From the NCBI GenBank assembly GCA_009103225.1, contig RHPI01000053.1, forward strand, positions 1 through 56,250: a stretch of 56,250 nt of DNA. The letters are read 5' to 3'. Within the stretch, counting starts at the first letter, position 1; each line of letters starts with the position of its first letter. Both the position numbers and the translations under genes were made by a program. Shown here one piece after another: positions 22,180-37,100 of the stretch. The notes beneath the pieces were generated by a model. The model worked only from the letters and a program-made list of their open reading frames with translations. It did not search any database and was not told the DNA's origin. This DNA comes from Chlorokybus atmophyticus (taxonomy: Eukaryota; Plantae; Mesostigma and Chlorokybus algae).

Positions 22180-24150
22180 ATGGCAGCGGCGGCGGCGGTG
22201 GGGGCGAGGGCGGTGGGGTTGGCAGCGGAGTCGAGCGGAAGGGCTACGCAGCCCGGGGCGAGGGTGTTAATTGCTGGAACCAGCAGGAGGAGGAGGACTT
22301 GGAGGACCACGAGGAGGCTGGGGTGGTGGCAGCTGGCGGAGAGGAGAGTCGACGGAGGAGCCGCCTTTGTAGTTGCCGGCGAGCTGCCTTCGCCGCTGAG
22401 GCGCAGCTTGCAGCAGCGCCGGCACGACTATGACTACTACGACCCCGAGGAGGCCGTCGCTCGCCTGCTGGGTTTTATTGAGCAGCTGGACGACCTGGTC
22501 TCCTTTGAGGACAACTACACCAAGGCCGGTGCCATCTGGTGGGTGACTGACTGACTGGAGCAAGGGCCATGCGTGTACATGTGCACCAGCAGTTGCTTGA
22601 ACCAACTGCTTGTACGCGTATATGCACTCCACACTTCCGTACTCGTAAGCCGTGCATTCCTACACCCTGTCGCTGTGGCAGCACTGCAGTAGAGCTCTCA
22701 GTCAGGCGTAAGCAGTAGCAATAACAGTACAATAAGCAGTAGTTTCACCAGACTTGAAAAGAGAGAACAGTTCAAGCTTGAACCATAGCATGTTTTGTCA
22801 TCCATCTTCGCACATCACCATTGGCAGCAGATGTCTGGCTGCCCGCTTCTCTCAGCGGTGTTTGATGCCAAAGGCATGGGTGTGCGCAGGGGAGCGATTG
22901 AAGACATTCCCGCGGACAAGAGGCATTTGCTTCTGGAGCGATTCGATGCAAGGTACTGCAGGTGTTTCGTTTATCAAACCGTGATAGCGGTGCATGCTGG
23001 CATGGGTTGTGCTTTATTGGTCACAGCGCATTCGGTCGTCGCCATCATCAGCTGTTGCCACACATAGCCTGATGCTTACCTAGACAGCTTGAGCGACTGT
23101 GGGGAATGACGGAGGATCGCACCAACGATGAAGCCATACGTGCTGCAATCAAGTCTGGTGTCAATGTTGCTTCAACTCTACCATCCTTTGCTGCGACCGA
23201 ACCTGTCCTCAATGAGGGGACATACGACGGCGTGTCTCCAGGAGGTATAGGAGTAATCAATATGTTTTTTACATTAGCGTGCAACTTGCACTTCACTCTG
23301 AACATATTTGATGTATGGCAGTGTTCCCTTTGGTGAAGAGGTTTCAAAAGGTGACTGCCACTGTGACGCATACATTCTTGTTAATAGATATTTTTGAGTA
23401 CTTCCTGCGAGGGCTCATTCCTCAGTGAACAATACCAATAGTGAGCTCAGTTGTTGTGTATGTGTGTAAGTCTCGACGTATGTCATTGACGTGGTGTCGA
23501 CAGCAATTCTTTCGCACAGCTGATGGCAAGCAGATGTACGGACGCGTTATCTTGGGTAAGCATTGTCTATCCATTGCCTGGTAGGGTGTGTACAAATGGC
23601 GTACTCGCTGCTGTGTTACATGCTAGAGTTGCATGCTGATGTGTTGCACAGGATTCCCGGGAGGTCGCTTGCTCGGCGAGATCGCTCCACTGTACTTTCG
23701 CGTGCGGCGTGGCGTGACCATCACGGCCACGGACGTAGCTGCGGACATTTGCTTGGTGTATGGAACGGGACAGCTGCAGCTCAGGCCCCCAGATATACCC
23801 GCTGGATGGCCCATGCCAGGTAAACGCATGTGCATCATCGGCAAGCACATGTCCAGAGCTGATCTACCACACGACATCTTGCCGCACAGATACTAAGGAT
23901 GCCAATTTGTGTCTGTCTGACAAACTACGATCTGTCTTCAGCACCCCACCTATACCCTTTCAATAAAGGATTACGCGATTATCTGCGCCTGGTCGGCCCT
24001 GGTGTGCTGATCGGCCAAGGCTGGAACGAGGGTGGTGGCGTTGAGGATGCGTGGCGCGAGCTCTACAGCGATGCTGAGCCAGAGCCTGAAGAAGTCGTGC
24101 TGCAACAGCACTTCTCCTCACCGTTTCTATTGGTCCGGCAACACAGATAG
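22180..24150 (+). CDS. Uncharacterised 6-exon protein with an Ala/Arg/Ser-rich, possibly organelle-targeting N-terminus
   Basis: Exons 22180-22542, 22831-22952, 23084-23244, 23520-23555, 23652-23819 and 23969-24150 join in frame through canonical GT-AG introns. The C-terminal half looks conserved (GFPGGRLLGEIAPLYFRVRRG; GLRDYLRLVGPGVLIGQGW). Confidence 0.8.
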
Positions 24151-25206
24151 GTCAGTGACATCAAGGTCTAAGTTGATCATATGCCCGGCTAGTTATACTG
24201 GGGCAGCTTTGCTTATCGACTAGATGACCTTTGCAGAAGGTGTATAGCAGTTGGAATACATGAATAGCAGCGGTCAATGCAACGTGAGGGGTACTGCTCT
24301 TGGTGCATTGGAATGGCGACTGTCGCATGGCAGTATGTTCCTTAATGATTATGGTCTGCTTGCCACCAAGTCGGGCTCATCCATTGCACTTTCTCTTGAT
24401 ACGCAATCTGCAACGGTTACCCCTCCCACATGCCAAGCGTCTGTGATGTTCATGTTGCGCATGTGTGGCTACATCACTACCATTTGCCACACCTTCCGGC
24501 CAAACGCGGTTTGCAAAATACAAGCATACTGACAAGTAACAAGGAGGAAGGTTGCAATGGTCAAAATCAGGTGAGTGGTGGAATTGTTGCCTACAATGGT
24601 TGAGATCGTTTCTACCGCCTGTTGTCATGCTTGCGCTAACAACTTTCAACGTCTTGGTACTGTTACTGTGGCAATATTGTCTGCCCGTGAGCTCATGAAG
24701 GGATGCTTCAGTGGTCAGTTGGTAGGTTTGCATTGTAATCTCTACCCGTCTTCAACACCAACGTTACACATGTCCAGAGATCAAATTTTGAACCCAGTAT
24801 GCACCTGTTATTATGTTGACATGATGCAGGTGTCTTGCACTGGGTACTGCAAATGGAGTTGGCTGCATATTTCCCATGTTGGCAACAGTGCAACACCAGT
24901 CAGTGTACCACACAAGCTTCCACCAGTCATGCATTTAGTGATAAAACCCAGTGCTCGCACAGCGTGCATTGCACAACACAGCGACTCGAACCATTGCTTA
25001 CACCATATGTACTACACTTCATCACAGCCACTACAACCAAAAACCAAGCTAACCCTGTACAAACTACGCTATTTAGAACTCGTGCTTGTGTTCGCAGCAG
25101 TGGTCTGTGTGGAGTGCTGGCAGTCCTGCACTGCTCAGCCAGGTGGGAATCAAGAAACAAATACTGACTAAGCGACTCTTAAAAGTTGATCAAGCTGAGA
25201 ACGTAT

Positions 25207-27168
25207 CTACACATCCGCTGCAGGGACGTCAGTGCGGTACTCCATCTCACGCATCTTCACCTTCTGCTGGTCAAATCCAGCAGGTGCGTAGCGCTTCCAG
25301 AAGGGATGGGTGTACCAGCGTGAGGTCATGTCTTCGAGCGCAACGCCCTTCGTCTCAGGCAGGAAGAATTGCACGTAGAACGTCATAATCACCACCCAGC
25401 CGGCGAAGAACACGAAAGTGCCCCACTTGAATGCGCACAACATCGACAGGAACACTTGCCCAATAATGAACCTGTTGTTGAAGTACATGCTTGTCAGTCA
25501 AGAGCGTACATCCATCAGGACCACAGCAATAGCATCAATATCAGACACTCACGTGAGAAGGAAGTTGACTGTCACTGTCACAGCCTGCCCGGCTGAGCGT
25601 GTCTCCAATGGCTGGATCTCAGATGGCACCTGTGGAGCAGATGGAGTCAGTTTGCGCACGCACACACGTGCATGCGCACACACCACATAGTAAGCACGCA
25701 AAGAAAACACAGCAGGATAACTACGAGAAATGATGATATGGCTGCAGCGTCATCTCACCAGCCAGCCGAGGGGACCCCAGGACCATGCGAAGGCAGACAC
25801 GAAGATGCAGATAACAACGAGGACGAGGACGGCAATGCCCGTGGGCAGATTGGGGGTGCCGGCCTCACCGGAGAATTCGATCCCTAGGATGATGGCGGTG
25901 GCAATGAGTGCCAGCGACATCTGGATGCCACCCTCAAGGAACAAGATCTTGCGGCCGAGGCGATCGACAGTAAGAATGGAGACGAATGTGGCCACAACGT
26001 TGACGGCACCAATGATGACCGCCTGGAGGAGGGCTGAGGAAGTGCCAAAGCCAAGGGAGCTGAACAGAACAGGAGCGTAGAACATGATGGCGTTGATGCC
26101 GGTGAGCTGCTGGAAGGCGGGGATGAGGATGGAGTTGGTGAGCTGAGGGCGGTAGGCTGGCTTCAACAGGTTGCGCCAAGGGTGCTTGACAGTCTGGGCG
26201 AGGTGGGAGGCGGCCACAATGTCATTATACTCCTCATGGATGTCATCTGTGCCGCGCACGCGCTTGAGGACCTTTTGCGCTTGGTCGTACTTGCCGCGGT
26301 CGACGAGGTTGTTGGCGGTCTCGGGGCAGACCAGGCCACCAATGGTGAGGAGGATGGCAGGCACGGCCGCGAGCCCGAGGGAGATGCGCCACCCGTGAGT
26401 AAGGTTCTTTGTTCCATAGTTGATCAGCTGCGCTGCAAGGATGCCCAGCGTTGTAGCCAGCTGAAACATGATGTTGAAGGCGCCACGCAGGTGCGTAGGG
26501 GAGATCTCAGACAGGTACAGCGGCACACTCTGGTTCGCCATACCCACACCAACGCCAAGGCACACGCGCCCAACCACCAACATAGGCAGGTTCTGCATGT
26601 GTCACGCAAACCAACATAAGTATCTGTTCCATACTCACTTCATGCAACCCAGCTGCCAGAACTGTGTCATGCAATCCATGTAACACTTACAGCAGCTCCT
26701 GCGACGAGGCCGGCACCAAGCAAGAAGAAGAGGCCTCCAACGAGCATGGAGCGGGTGCGACCAAACCTCCTCGTAATCCAACTGCCGACAAAGGAGGAGA
26801 CCATACCGGCGAGGAACAGTGATGAAGTGAACAGCTGCAGCGTCTGGCTGTCGTATTGGCAGTAAGCATTGCGTGCGGGGTCCGACCTATGGCGATAAAC
26901 AGAAGGGAAGAACTTTTTTTGGAAGTCCGGCATGGCTGTAAACGAACAGTAAGTCAATGAGAGTGGCCCAGCAGTTCATGCATGCGTTGGGTGTCCAATA
27001 TGACTGCAATTCACACTCACATGTCACGCCTCCAGTGACGCCGATGTCATAGCCGAAGAGCAGGCCGCCGCTGGCTGCCACTACGCAGGACCATATCACG
27101 TAGGCTGTCACTCGTCCATTGTAGCGCTTGCCAGGAGCGCCCACAGGTACAACCGCCCCACCCGCCAT
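25207..27168 (-). CDS. STP: Sugar transport protein (MFS hexose/H+ symporter, plant STP family)
   Basis: Exons 27168-27021, 26935-26691, 26592-25759, 25629-25553 and 25471-25207. Motifs include GGLLFGYDIGVTGGVTSMPDF, QLFTSSLFLAG, VPLYLSEISP, FQQLTGINAIMFYAPVLF, WSWGPLGWLVPSEIQPLE and PETKGV. Confidence 0.97.
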
Positions 27169-30100
27169 TGGTGTGCCTTCTCCACTGGCTGCTTAGCTAT
27201 CTCTCCCCCTCTTGCAGACACGCTCTCCTTGCGTGCTGCTGTCACTGTGTCTGCAACAACGCCCTGGAAGACAGCAACAGTCAGCATGCAATATATTGCA
27301 TACATCCGCAAATTGAGGAAGACGACCACACAGGTAAAGATGCGTGCACACATGTGCACACGCACATGGGCATGCATACACTCACAGTGCACTGAACTGA
27401 ACACTTGCTGACCTTGCAACCTTGTTGTGTTGTTGCTGGCGGGCTAGGTGCCACACAGTAACAGGATGCTAACCACTTCTATCACCACAAATACTACGCC
27501 TACAACTGCAGCTGGCGGCGGAGGCGGCGGTGGTGGGCAGCGTCTGCTATGCCACACTGCATGCGCATGCCGTTTATGTACTGCTGTGCCGACATCACAT
27601 TCAAATTATTGTTAGGGGATAGCGATCAATGCTTTTGCACGTACTCCTGGGTTGTTACAACATCCGGACTGGGTAGCATGCAATGCAATGCGTAGAATTG
27701 GTGACCAATTCTAGATAAAATTTATGGTGACATACTCTAGGCCGGTGTCAGTGCGCAGATCAGCTGTGATGTGATTGTCAGAAGTCTGTCAGTGAATGGC
27801 GGGAAGCTAGGGATTTCATGATGATGTGGGTGGCCGTGCTGATCCTGGCTCCAGCCATAGGGCCGGTTGCTGACCGATACGCTTATCGCGCGCAGTTTAT
27901 CAGCAGTGAACAGCAGCCGGTGGGTGCAGCACTGCGGCCTTTAACTGAACCGGTCATTATTGGCGGCGTATCTGGCCGACATGCAGTTGCGGCCCGCGTC
28001 GCCGGCGTCCTTTGCACTTTAGTCTTGTCACAGAGCTGACCCTTTGCCGTCATGAGTGCTCCCCCAAGCAAGGTGAAGGCTGCTGACAGGCTATGTATGT
28101 CAGAGTTAAATTTATGTCAATGCAGTCGATCCTGTTGTGCGCCCGTCCTATCGGTCATTGCCGTAAGCTACGACGGTCGCACCCGGTGTGCACCGATCAA
28201 CGTTTCGAGGGGGCGAAACCGCCGTGCGGTAAATGAACTGCCCACATGACATCATTAGCAGCGGTCACTACAGCCACCACTGTTCGCTCTCAGCAACTTT
28301 GTGATAGACTCGGCTTGCTAGCAAACAAGTTCCTCAGCACCACAAGCGACCATGAACTTGCTGCCCATACTCCGCCACATACTTTGTCTCCCAAACGGGG
28401 GCCGACACCCGTCCAACTGTTGGTGCCGTTTGACGACATGATTGCTGTGCGAGCCTGTTGGTTGGTTTTGGTCATTTTGGTCATATCCGCGAGCAGTCAC
28501 CATTGCACACCCGCGGTCCGCCGCAATGACGTTGGCGCAGCGCCCGTTAACCCCTGACCGAGGCACCAGTTTACGGGTAGGGTAACGGCCCTTGCCTAGC
28601 GACTTCGTTGTGCACCTACCTATGTTCTAGGGCCTAACCGAGTATCGCTCATCAATTTGGTAACCAAGGTCATCAAGGCCTTGGGACGGTTGCTTTACAG
28701 TTCACATGACTTGGACCGTCCCCGACCACACTGATCATTCATTACGACAGGTAGTGACGGTTCAGTTGCAGGCGGCCCACAACAAGACAAGGGACAACAT
28801 TATTGCAGGTTGCGATAGATGCACTGTCAGTGAAGCTACGTGATGCAACGGAGACGACTGACCATTTGGGCCTGGAGAAGATCGCAGTTCACACGTTCCG
28901 ACCGGAGATCGGACGCTCCTATATCAAGCATCCTATCAATTGCAGGCTGGGTTCTGGTCACGCATGGCCGAGCATTTTGTGTGACACAAATGGTCACATT
29001 CCTTGTCTCATAAAATGAGTGGAAAATCAATGTCATGGTAAGTTCATTATAAGCTGTATGGGATGATCCTCCTTGTATGGAATAATCTTACCTGTATGTG
29101 CCATACAATCGCAAATAGGATGAAATCTTAGTGACATTTCAATGACGACCTTGACTTGGATCAATGGACAATTTCATGACACAATCGCGAAACGGATTAC
29201 AATATCATGTTAACCCAGTCACATCACATGGACGGCGAAAATTGAAAGCGTTGCAACACGCACACGCATACGCATACAGGTGTAAAGAATAGCGCGAATA
29301 TGATGCGGCAACCGACTTTAAAATAACCGCATATGTCTAACAAAAGATGTTATGCATACATGATATGTTCAATCCCGCTAGTATATAATGCATCATAGTA
29401 TATATGCATAGAATATAGGCATAGGATAATATATAGGCTTAGGCTATAATACATATATATATATATATTACATCATATACATTGTAATCATTTGCGTAGT
29501 AGTTTTTAAGTTTCAAACACAATAAACAACAAAACACATAGAGATATAGCATGAATGTTTTCTCATAATTTGTGCTATGACAAACAAGCAATATGCAAGT
29601 TATAATGCGCTCTGATGATTTGTTGCGAATGCATCATATCAATTGCCATCGTCTTAAGGTTTGTGTCATTGATATGTCTATATAACATACACGAGGCATG
29701 TCGCTCCACTCATAACATCGACTTTTATTTGAGTACTTGATGTCAAGAACTTGTTATTACGGAACCCGTTGCTACAATTGGCTAAATGACATCTTGTTTT
29801 CATTTATGAACATGTATATATAAATGTATATTATAAAGATGTTTATTTAAGTGATGATGAGGTTAAGATTCTAATGTATCAGCTAAGTAGTGCTTGGCAC
29901 TTTTGTCCACGCATGCGGTACATGTCTTGTACGACATTTAATGTCTGTGTACATAAATGTTTGGGACACTGCACTACACAAGTTGTTATTGAAGACATGC
30001 AGAAAGCTGGTCACTAGCGTACGCTATTTACGTAAGTGTGTTGGGCGTGGGTGTACTGGGGGCTAGAGCTATGACTCTTCAGGAGAGTTTGGTGGTCGTC

Positions 30101-31156
30101 CTCACCCCCCTTTCTGCGCTACAACCTCGCTTGCAACATGCTGCGCCGCTGACCCACTGGTACAGGCTGCAACTTAGATGGAGTTTAGCAGGCTGCACCT
30201 TGCATCACCTTGGATGAAAGGTCAAGCAGCGTTGCTCTATCCACGAATTATTGTAAGTTCATGTGCTTTTGCATATGTTTCTCAAGCTGACCAACAAATA
30301 CGTGAGTGGTGTTGTTACACTAATCTTGCCGCTAGCTTTGAAAAGTGCTCATTGACGTTTATTACATCAAAATGAATCCACTCAAAAACACATGTGTAAG
30401 CATTACACATTTTTGTACGCCATGTGCAATAATATACATGCCGTGTGCTGCACACCGCTTGCTGTGTATGTGTGCTTAGTTCTCATTGTGTGCTTCTCCT
30501 ATACTTTGCTTTTTGTGCATATATATAGATGCCAAGATTTATGTCAGAAGTCAAAACCTATAGCACTCGCACAAGCGAATGGATGCGTATATATGTGTCA
30601 CATCTTGTAAATGCTTGCAAATGAGAGACCTTTCAATGCTAAGCCCATGACCAGTTTAATTTGCCTAGGTCGGCGGGTGGGCTATAAGATTATTTGTTAA
30701 AATGGAATGTGATAATTGCATGTTGCGTTAGGTTCGTACAAGTTTATGAGCAATGCATAACACCAGTAATGCAGTCAATAATAATGCTGCTTAATGCTTA
30801 AAAACAACCTCAACGTCAACTCATAGGTTCACATGTATACAATGTGACGCATCCCTCAACAATGTGACAATGTGACAATCCCCCCCCCCCCCCGCCCCGN
30901 GGTGTAACATGTCACCATATGTGTAGTAAGATAAAGGGGCGTCAAACTGCCAGTTGACAACACATTGGATCAGTAACTTGCTTTGTGGCATGTAGCAAAA
31001 CCATCTGTCATGACCATGACTTACTTGTACAGCGATGTTTTCTTCGCTTCACAGCTACTTTCAACCAGCGACCACATTCTTCGCTCAATCTTTTATTCAG
31101 CATGTGCCAACAAGATGTTGGCACTTTGACAACAGCCCAACACACCAACACACCAA

Positions 31157-34100
31157 TCATGGTGTCAAGAGCTCCTGCTCGCTAGAGATGTGATGTACAG
31201 CCGTTGGCGAAGCTCCTGCTACAAGTTGATGTAGATTGTCATAATTCCTGGATTGATCTCATTACATGTACACAAGAGCAACGACAATCAGCACATGCAA
31301 CACATCAGGTACCTTGCGATGCCTTCACTCCATTCTTCCAACCATTTTCAATCTCCTGCAAACCACGCGTTCGCAATCAGCATCACACATAACCGCACGA
31401 AACCTGTTGATGAACAGCAATACACAACTCCCACCATGAAGATGTCATTGGGTTGTGGGTTGAACTGTAAAGACATGGCGGCGACGGCAATATCCACCAG
31501 CACAGCAATGGCCGACACAAGGAATAAGCACAACCAGAAGGAGTCTTGAGCGTATATCTGCCACACAACGCAGGTGTGTTGGTTACAGACATCCAGCACA
31601 CAACTTACAACAAATGCACCACTACCACATATGCGACAACGTTGCCAACATAATCGTCATTATGAGTGCGTACCTGGTGGGCCAAGTGGTCCATGTAGGG
31701 AAACACCTGCGCAGCCTCCCAAATGAAGGAGCAGAAAAATAGAAACACAACCCACGCGCCCATCGCAGTCCCAAACACCGCCAACGCATTTGGCCAAGAC
31801 CAAAACCTACTCCTCACCGCAAGCCTCAAGTTCTGCAACAAACAACATCAGTCACATGTTGGTCTCATGTTCAAGGTTTGATAACCCAACACAAAGCCGC
31901 CACTCACCACGACAAACACCACGCACGAGTAGGACACGGCCCCGAGCGCGTACAGTCCAAGCTCCCGGCCTTCCGTCGTGACAACATCTCCAACAGAAAG
32001 CAGGCTCGCAAAGAAGCACAGGGCCGAGTGTCCAACGCCCGTGTATAACCAGCTCAGAGCGGAGCGGAAGAACTGCCGCCTCTTGTCCCTCTACACATGT
32101 AGACGTTCAATGAGAGGCACACACAAACACACACACGCGCACATGCATGCATGCATGCACGCACACGCTCCATGCAATGCTTGCCTGTGTTTGGAGGTAG
32201 AGGGCAGGGTTGTTGAGAACAGTGGAGGCGGTGACGTCCTGCTCGAGGAATGCGTACGCGACGGTGGGCAGCGCGGTCCACGCGAGGTTGTAAGTTGATA
32301 TCAGCGCTGTCGTGTACAGCGGCTGGCTTGAGAAGCCGGACAGCCACGCCAGGTAGAAGTTGCCCCCAACATACACAATGTTCTGTACAACAGCAAAGTG
32401 GGTGAGTCAGCGTTGTGATTATGTCAGTTGCACATTGTGCGTGCGTGCGTGCGTGTGTCTTTAAGTAAACATTCACCCGAGTACTAACCTTATAGAATGC
32501 GTACAGCACGAGCTCTCGGTTACGGCTGTACGACCAGCGTCCGTGCACAAGCAGCAACTGCACCAGATGCCTGTACATGCAACGAGGAGGAATCAACAAT
32601 GTTGCTGTCATGCGCGGTTGCACCCACCGCACAGCGCGTGAGCAGGTTTCATACCTGAACTGCGCCACTGCATAGTCGCTCGCAAGCACAGCTGCCCTGC
32701 CTTCCCTTCCACTGATACCGACCTATACACGCACACGCACACACATCAACGTCCGATGCACGTGGCCATCAACACCATTGTAAAGCGCCTGCTTGAAACT
32801 CAACTACATCAGACTAACAACCAGCACACTCTCACCCCAATGTGCGCTGCCTTTATCATCCCCACGTCGTTGGCTCCGTCCCCAATCCCGAGCGTGACGG
32901 CGTGTGCATGCGTCTTGACGAGTCGCGTGACCTGCGCCTTCTGCAGCGGGGACACGCGGCAGCAGACGACCGCCTGACAGACGAGACACAGCTCCAGGAA
33001 CTGAGCCGCCCGCTTGGCGTCGAGCATCCACTCTAGAACCGCGCCGTCCACAACTACGCCAATCTCCTTCTGTTGACAGATGGCACATTCGTGTGCATGA
33101 GCGTGTGCGTGTGTATGTGTGTGCGAGAGTGTGTGTGTGTGTATAAGCGCGTGCGTGTGTGCGCGTGACAACAACCACAGCAGCAGAGACAAGAGCAGTT
33201 ACCTGTGAGTCTGCGGCCCTTGCAGACTTGGCTTCGGCAATAGCGTTCTCGAGAAAGGCGCTGGCGTGCTTCTCCCCACCGACGGCGCTCTCGGTGGCCA
33301 TCACGCGCAGCATGGGCTCGCGCAGGAGGTTGCACGAAAGCGCAATGGACACCGCCGTCTCAACCTGAGGTTGAGAGAATCAGTTACTATACACCAACAA
33401 GCAGACGTGTAATCGTACCACCACACTTGCGCACGCACGCACGCACGCACCTTATCTCCCGTCAGCAGCCATATCTTGATCCCCGCCTCCCCCAGGCTCC
33501 TGATCGCCTCCGGCACCCCGTCCTGCAGCTTGTCCTCCACGGCGGTGGCGCCCAGCAGCGTCAGGTCGGTCTCGACCCGCTCCGCTAACGCCGCGATCTT
33601 CTCCTCGCGGCCCTCCAGGGAGAGAGAGGCGGAGCGGAACTGGGCGGACCAGACGGCGTAATCCTCCTCGCTCAGCTGCAACATATCAATAGCTGATGTT
33701 ATACCAATGCGCGTATTTGACCTAGACGTGTACGCGCGTGTGCGTCCGCTCGCGTGTGGACTCATGCTTGACGGCAATGTATGAATGACACGAGGGCTCC
33801 CATGCGTGCATACGCGCATGCGCGCCCTCACACCCACATGCGAGTGCACAGATGGTTGTGTGCGTGTATGCGCACAGACACGCGCATGAGTTGCCGCATA
33901 AACACTTGCATACGAGCAATGGGGGCTCTCGCACGTGTGCATACGTGCAACACACACGTGCAAGCACACAACTCACGTGAGAGGTACCACCACAACACGC
34001 TCACAGAGCTCTGTGACAGCTTTGCCCATTCTCACCTCCTTCATGGCGATGCAGAGGGTTCTGTACCCCGTGCGAGCGAACCCGCTGAGGTGTTCTGCGG

Positions 34101-37100
34101 TGGGAGCCGCCGCGGCTTGACCGGGAGCCAGGCGTGCGTATATCACCGTGTCGGCACCCTTGCAATACAACCTGCACACATTAAAGTGGTGACGATGATG
34201 ATATTATTACTCTGAGTCACAAGTGACAACATACCGTATGCGGCCGGTGTCTTCTTCACGCAACACGATGCTCATGCGCTTGCGATCCGAGTTGAATTCT
34301 AGTAATGCGAGGACCTTGGCGCGGTAACGACGCCAGCCAGGGGCCTCAACAACAACCTCCTCGTTTGTTCTTGACACGAGCCTGGAGAGAGCAGAGAAGC
34401 CGTGAGTTGCACGAAGAACATACTCGAGAGCGCACGCAAGGACATACGCACATGCACACACATACACATGCAGACGCACATGCATCTACGCACGCATGCA
34501 CTTACACACACGCTGCCCACACATTCGCACCATGCGCGCGTGCACACACACGTAGGCATTCACGCACGCACGCACGCACACACGCACACTCTCTCACCTG
34601 AACCCGCAATCCGCAGCACCCTTAACCAACGCCTCCTCATCCGGCGAAGCCGCCTGATACCGTATCGTCTTCTGATCGTCCTCCGACACGGTCGGCACGA
34701 CGGTGTGACACATGGCGAGCACTTTATAGAAGTGGCAACACTGCTCGGCGTGCGTGTGCGTGGCTTCGCCAACGTTGTCCACGCTAACAACGGCGTCCCC
34801 GCCAACGCGCCCGTCCTTGAGCATGTCTTTCAGCGCGGGGTCCAAAGCCACCGTGTGGGGGGTCTTAGTGGTGGTTGTGTCGGGTGGTGGGGAGTGTGTA
34901 CCGATAACACCGCGGTATAACACGCCCGCGATGGAGCATTGGACGAAGGCCATGAGGTTTTGGGTTAGCGTGCCCGTCTTGTCCGACAACACGTACTCCA
35001 CCTGTGCAACACAGAGTGTGTGAGTGTGTTTGCGCGCGCGCATGTACATGCTGCGTGTACATGCTTGTGCACGCGACTTTGTGACTATGATATGTGTGCA
35101 TGCATGCGTGCATGAGTATGCTGCTTTTATTTTGTTATTGATGCCATGGTTGTTGGGCCATGTATTGGGGTTCAGCAAGAGCCACAAAAATGAACACTAC
35201 GATGATTACACTTACTTGGCCAAGCTCTTCATTGAGGTTGGACGTTCTGGTCTTGGCGGGTGTGTCGGTCTCCTCATGGTACATGTGGATGTCACGGTTG
35301 ATGAACATGCATTGCCCCACCTGCACTCAAGCACTCAATATCATTGAAAAGTGTTCCATTTACACATTTCAGGTTTATCTTCATAGATACCCTACCTTGA
35401 CCATCTCGAGAGTGACGTAAAGCGAGATGGGGATGAGCTGGTTGAACAGAATAATGAAGCGTAGCCACTGGACCCAAAATGAGCTGAATCCTCCCTTCAG
35501 GTCAGGCCAGCTGCCGCTCACGTAAATGTACGACCCCCTCGCCGACCCTGTTTATTACACACCATGACATGTGTGAGAGCACCCAGAAAAGTGTTACACA
35601 ACAAATGATGTTGCATTCGTACCGGCCCAAATAGTGTTGCCTAGGGCGGATATCAGCGCCAGAATGCCGACAAAGGCAAACATGCCCGAGACGAGGTAGT
35701 TCATCGACCTCTCCAGTTGAGACACCTGCACAGATGGCAAGATTGTGTTAGTATTTATGAGTGTTGCCGCTGGCAAGCCCTTTGCTGTGTGAAAACAACA
35801 GTTGATGCGGGCAATATAAACATCATGGCAGGATATGGTGATTGTGAGTGCACCTTTCTCGGCGTGTGTAGAGTGTTGCGCATCAGCTTCGTGTCCACGC
35901 CAGTAAACACCACCAACCTGCAAGACGTTGGTCACGACAATGACAATGGTGTTGACGGCAATGTGTTGTCTTTAGTGTAAGCGCGCGTGTGTGCTTATGT
36001 CTCACAAAGTGCAAGCGCGTGCGTGTCCGCACTCGAGAGCATGTCTGTGTATCTCTATGTATGTGTGTATGTATGTGCGCGCACGCGTGTGCACATACAT
36101 GCAGACACACATATGCACAGGCCTGTCCATTTGTGTGTCTGCCTGTATGTGTGCACATATTTACGTGTGTGTTTGCGTGCATGTTAGGGCGTGTGCGCGC
36201 GCGCATGCGTGTGCATGTGTCTCTGTACGTCATCTTCATTACCCGAGTGTCCAGGATGTGTTGCGGAGAGTGGAGCCTCTCAGCAGCAAGTGGCCCACAT
36301 CGAGCGGGCAAGCCTTTGCGCCGGGGCTCATGTTGATGCTGCCCTCAAACTGGTACAGCCTGTTGTTGGGCTGTAGTGGACCGCACAAGAAAAGGCGAGT
36401 GCTGTTAGCGGAGATGATCAAGAGCACACTGCGACATGCGCAATCGTGTTGACTACATCAAACACACGCACACGCACACGCACAGACTCCTCTACCTGCT
36501 CGCAGTCCACCCGCACTTTGCGCTCTGGGTTGCAAAGCTGGTACAGCTCAGACGGAAACTGCACAAGAGAGGTTGGTTACAAGAATAACGCATGGGCTAG
36601 TGGTAGTGTCGTATGCAGAGACGCGCATGCGCACGCACACATGCAGGGACGCACATGCGGACAAGTGCACGTGCGCATGTGTGCGCGAACACACGCATAA
36701 GCATGTGTTACACGGACGCACGCGCATATGCACACAGGTATAAACATGGAACAGGCATACATGCGCGCATAGGTGTACCTGCATGTGTACTTGCATACTG
36801 TGCGCATGCGCGCATGCACACGTGCGCGTGCACACACGCACACACTCGCAAACACGTGCATACCTGTAGGTGGCCGCTATCGCTAAACGCGTTCTTGATC
36901 TTCAGGTTGGTCTCTCCATCCAGATTTGCCGTCTCGATATAAGCAAAGCCTGTGTGCACGCATCAAACAATGCATGCTCAGCACTTAAGACGGGACTATG
37001 TGAGTACGTCTGCCAGACCAAGACATGAGAAGGTTACAAGGTTTATGTATAGCCAAACCCAACAAACCTTGGGCGTCACTTGAAGCCAGAAACACCAGAT

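Noticed and set aside
30864-30900. G-tract followed by TGTCACA on the minus strand, resembling a PPT/LTR start
   Set aside because: It sits next to an N, and no partner LTR, PBS or TSD could be identified.
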